A DNA stretch of 64,000 nucleotides from Macrostomum lignano (Eukaryota). Where the stretch lies: the NCBI GenBank assembly GCA_002269645.1, contig NIVC01003958.1:3540-67539 (forward strand), read 5' to 3'. Under the pieces are notes generated by a model. The model did not search any database and was not told the DNA's origin. It saw only the letters and a list, made by a program, of their open reading frames with translations. Made by a program: the position numbers and the translations under genes. Shown here piece after piece: positions 63,772 through 64,000 of this stretch (positions are counted from its first letter, which is position 1; each line of letters opens with the position of its first letter).

Positions 63772-63975
63772 CCTTCTGCTCTGCCCTCTGCTCTGCCTTC
63801 TGCTCTGCCTTCTGCTCTGCCTTCTGCTCTGCCCTCTGCTCTGCCTTCTGCTCTGCCCTCTGCTCTGCCTTCTGCTCTGCCTTCTGCTCTGCCTTCTGCT
63901 CTGCCTTCTGCTCTGCCTTCTGCTCTGCCTTCTGCTCTGCCTTCTGCTCTGCCCTCTGCTCTGCCTTCTGCTCTC
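63772..63975. repeat. 12-nt minisatellite
   Basis: Unit CTCTGCCTTCTG. Confidence 0.95.
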
Positions 63976-64000
63976 TCCTCCTCCCTTACCTTCTTGAGAC

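Overview
Eukaryotic (animal) genomic DNA with GC-rich exons and introns packed with minisatellites. This pattern suggests a Macrostomum-like flatworm, but that is inference. Plus-strand host genes: the 3' half of a synaptotagmin-like gene; a complete 7-exon SLCO/OATP transporter; two divergent intronless MFS-like membrane protein paralogs; a Death-domain-like exon; a 2-Cys peroxiredoxin; and a mitochondrial pyruvate dehydrogenase phosphatase. Mobile elements: an intact young Ty3/Gypsy element in SLCO intron 5 (identical 165-bp LTRs, 4-bp TSD, GGGAAAC slippery site plus pseudoknot); a near-intact RNase H-bearing LINE (15-bp TSD, TAATG stop-start) that splits the second MFS paralog; an internally deleted piggyBac; several MITEs; and an AT-rich fossil retroelement block with a RIP-like CpA/CpG-to-TpA signature. 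The most novel item is at 58.4-63.3 kb. Four intronless paralogs, broken up in the ORF track by single-base indels, share an unrecognised helical N-terminal domain, Tyr-motif linkers and a C-terminal RHIM-like motif (Q-[NS]-G-x-x-N-[IV]-x-G-x-x-[NT]-x-[IL]-x-V, complete in three and partial in the fourth). Most long ORFs in the track over repeats are artefacts.
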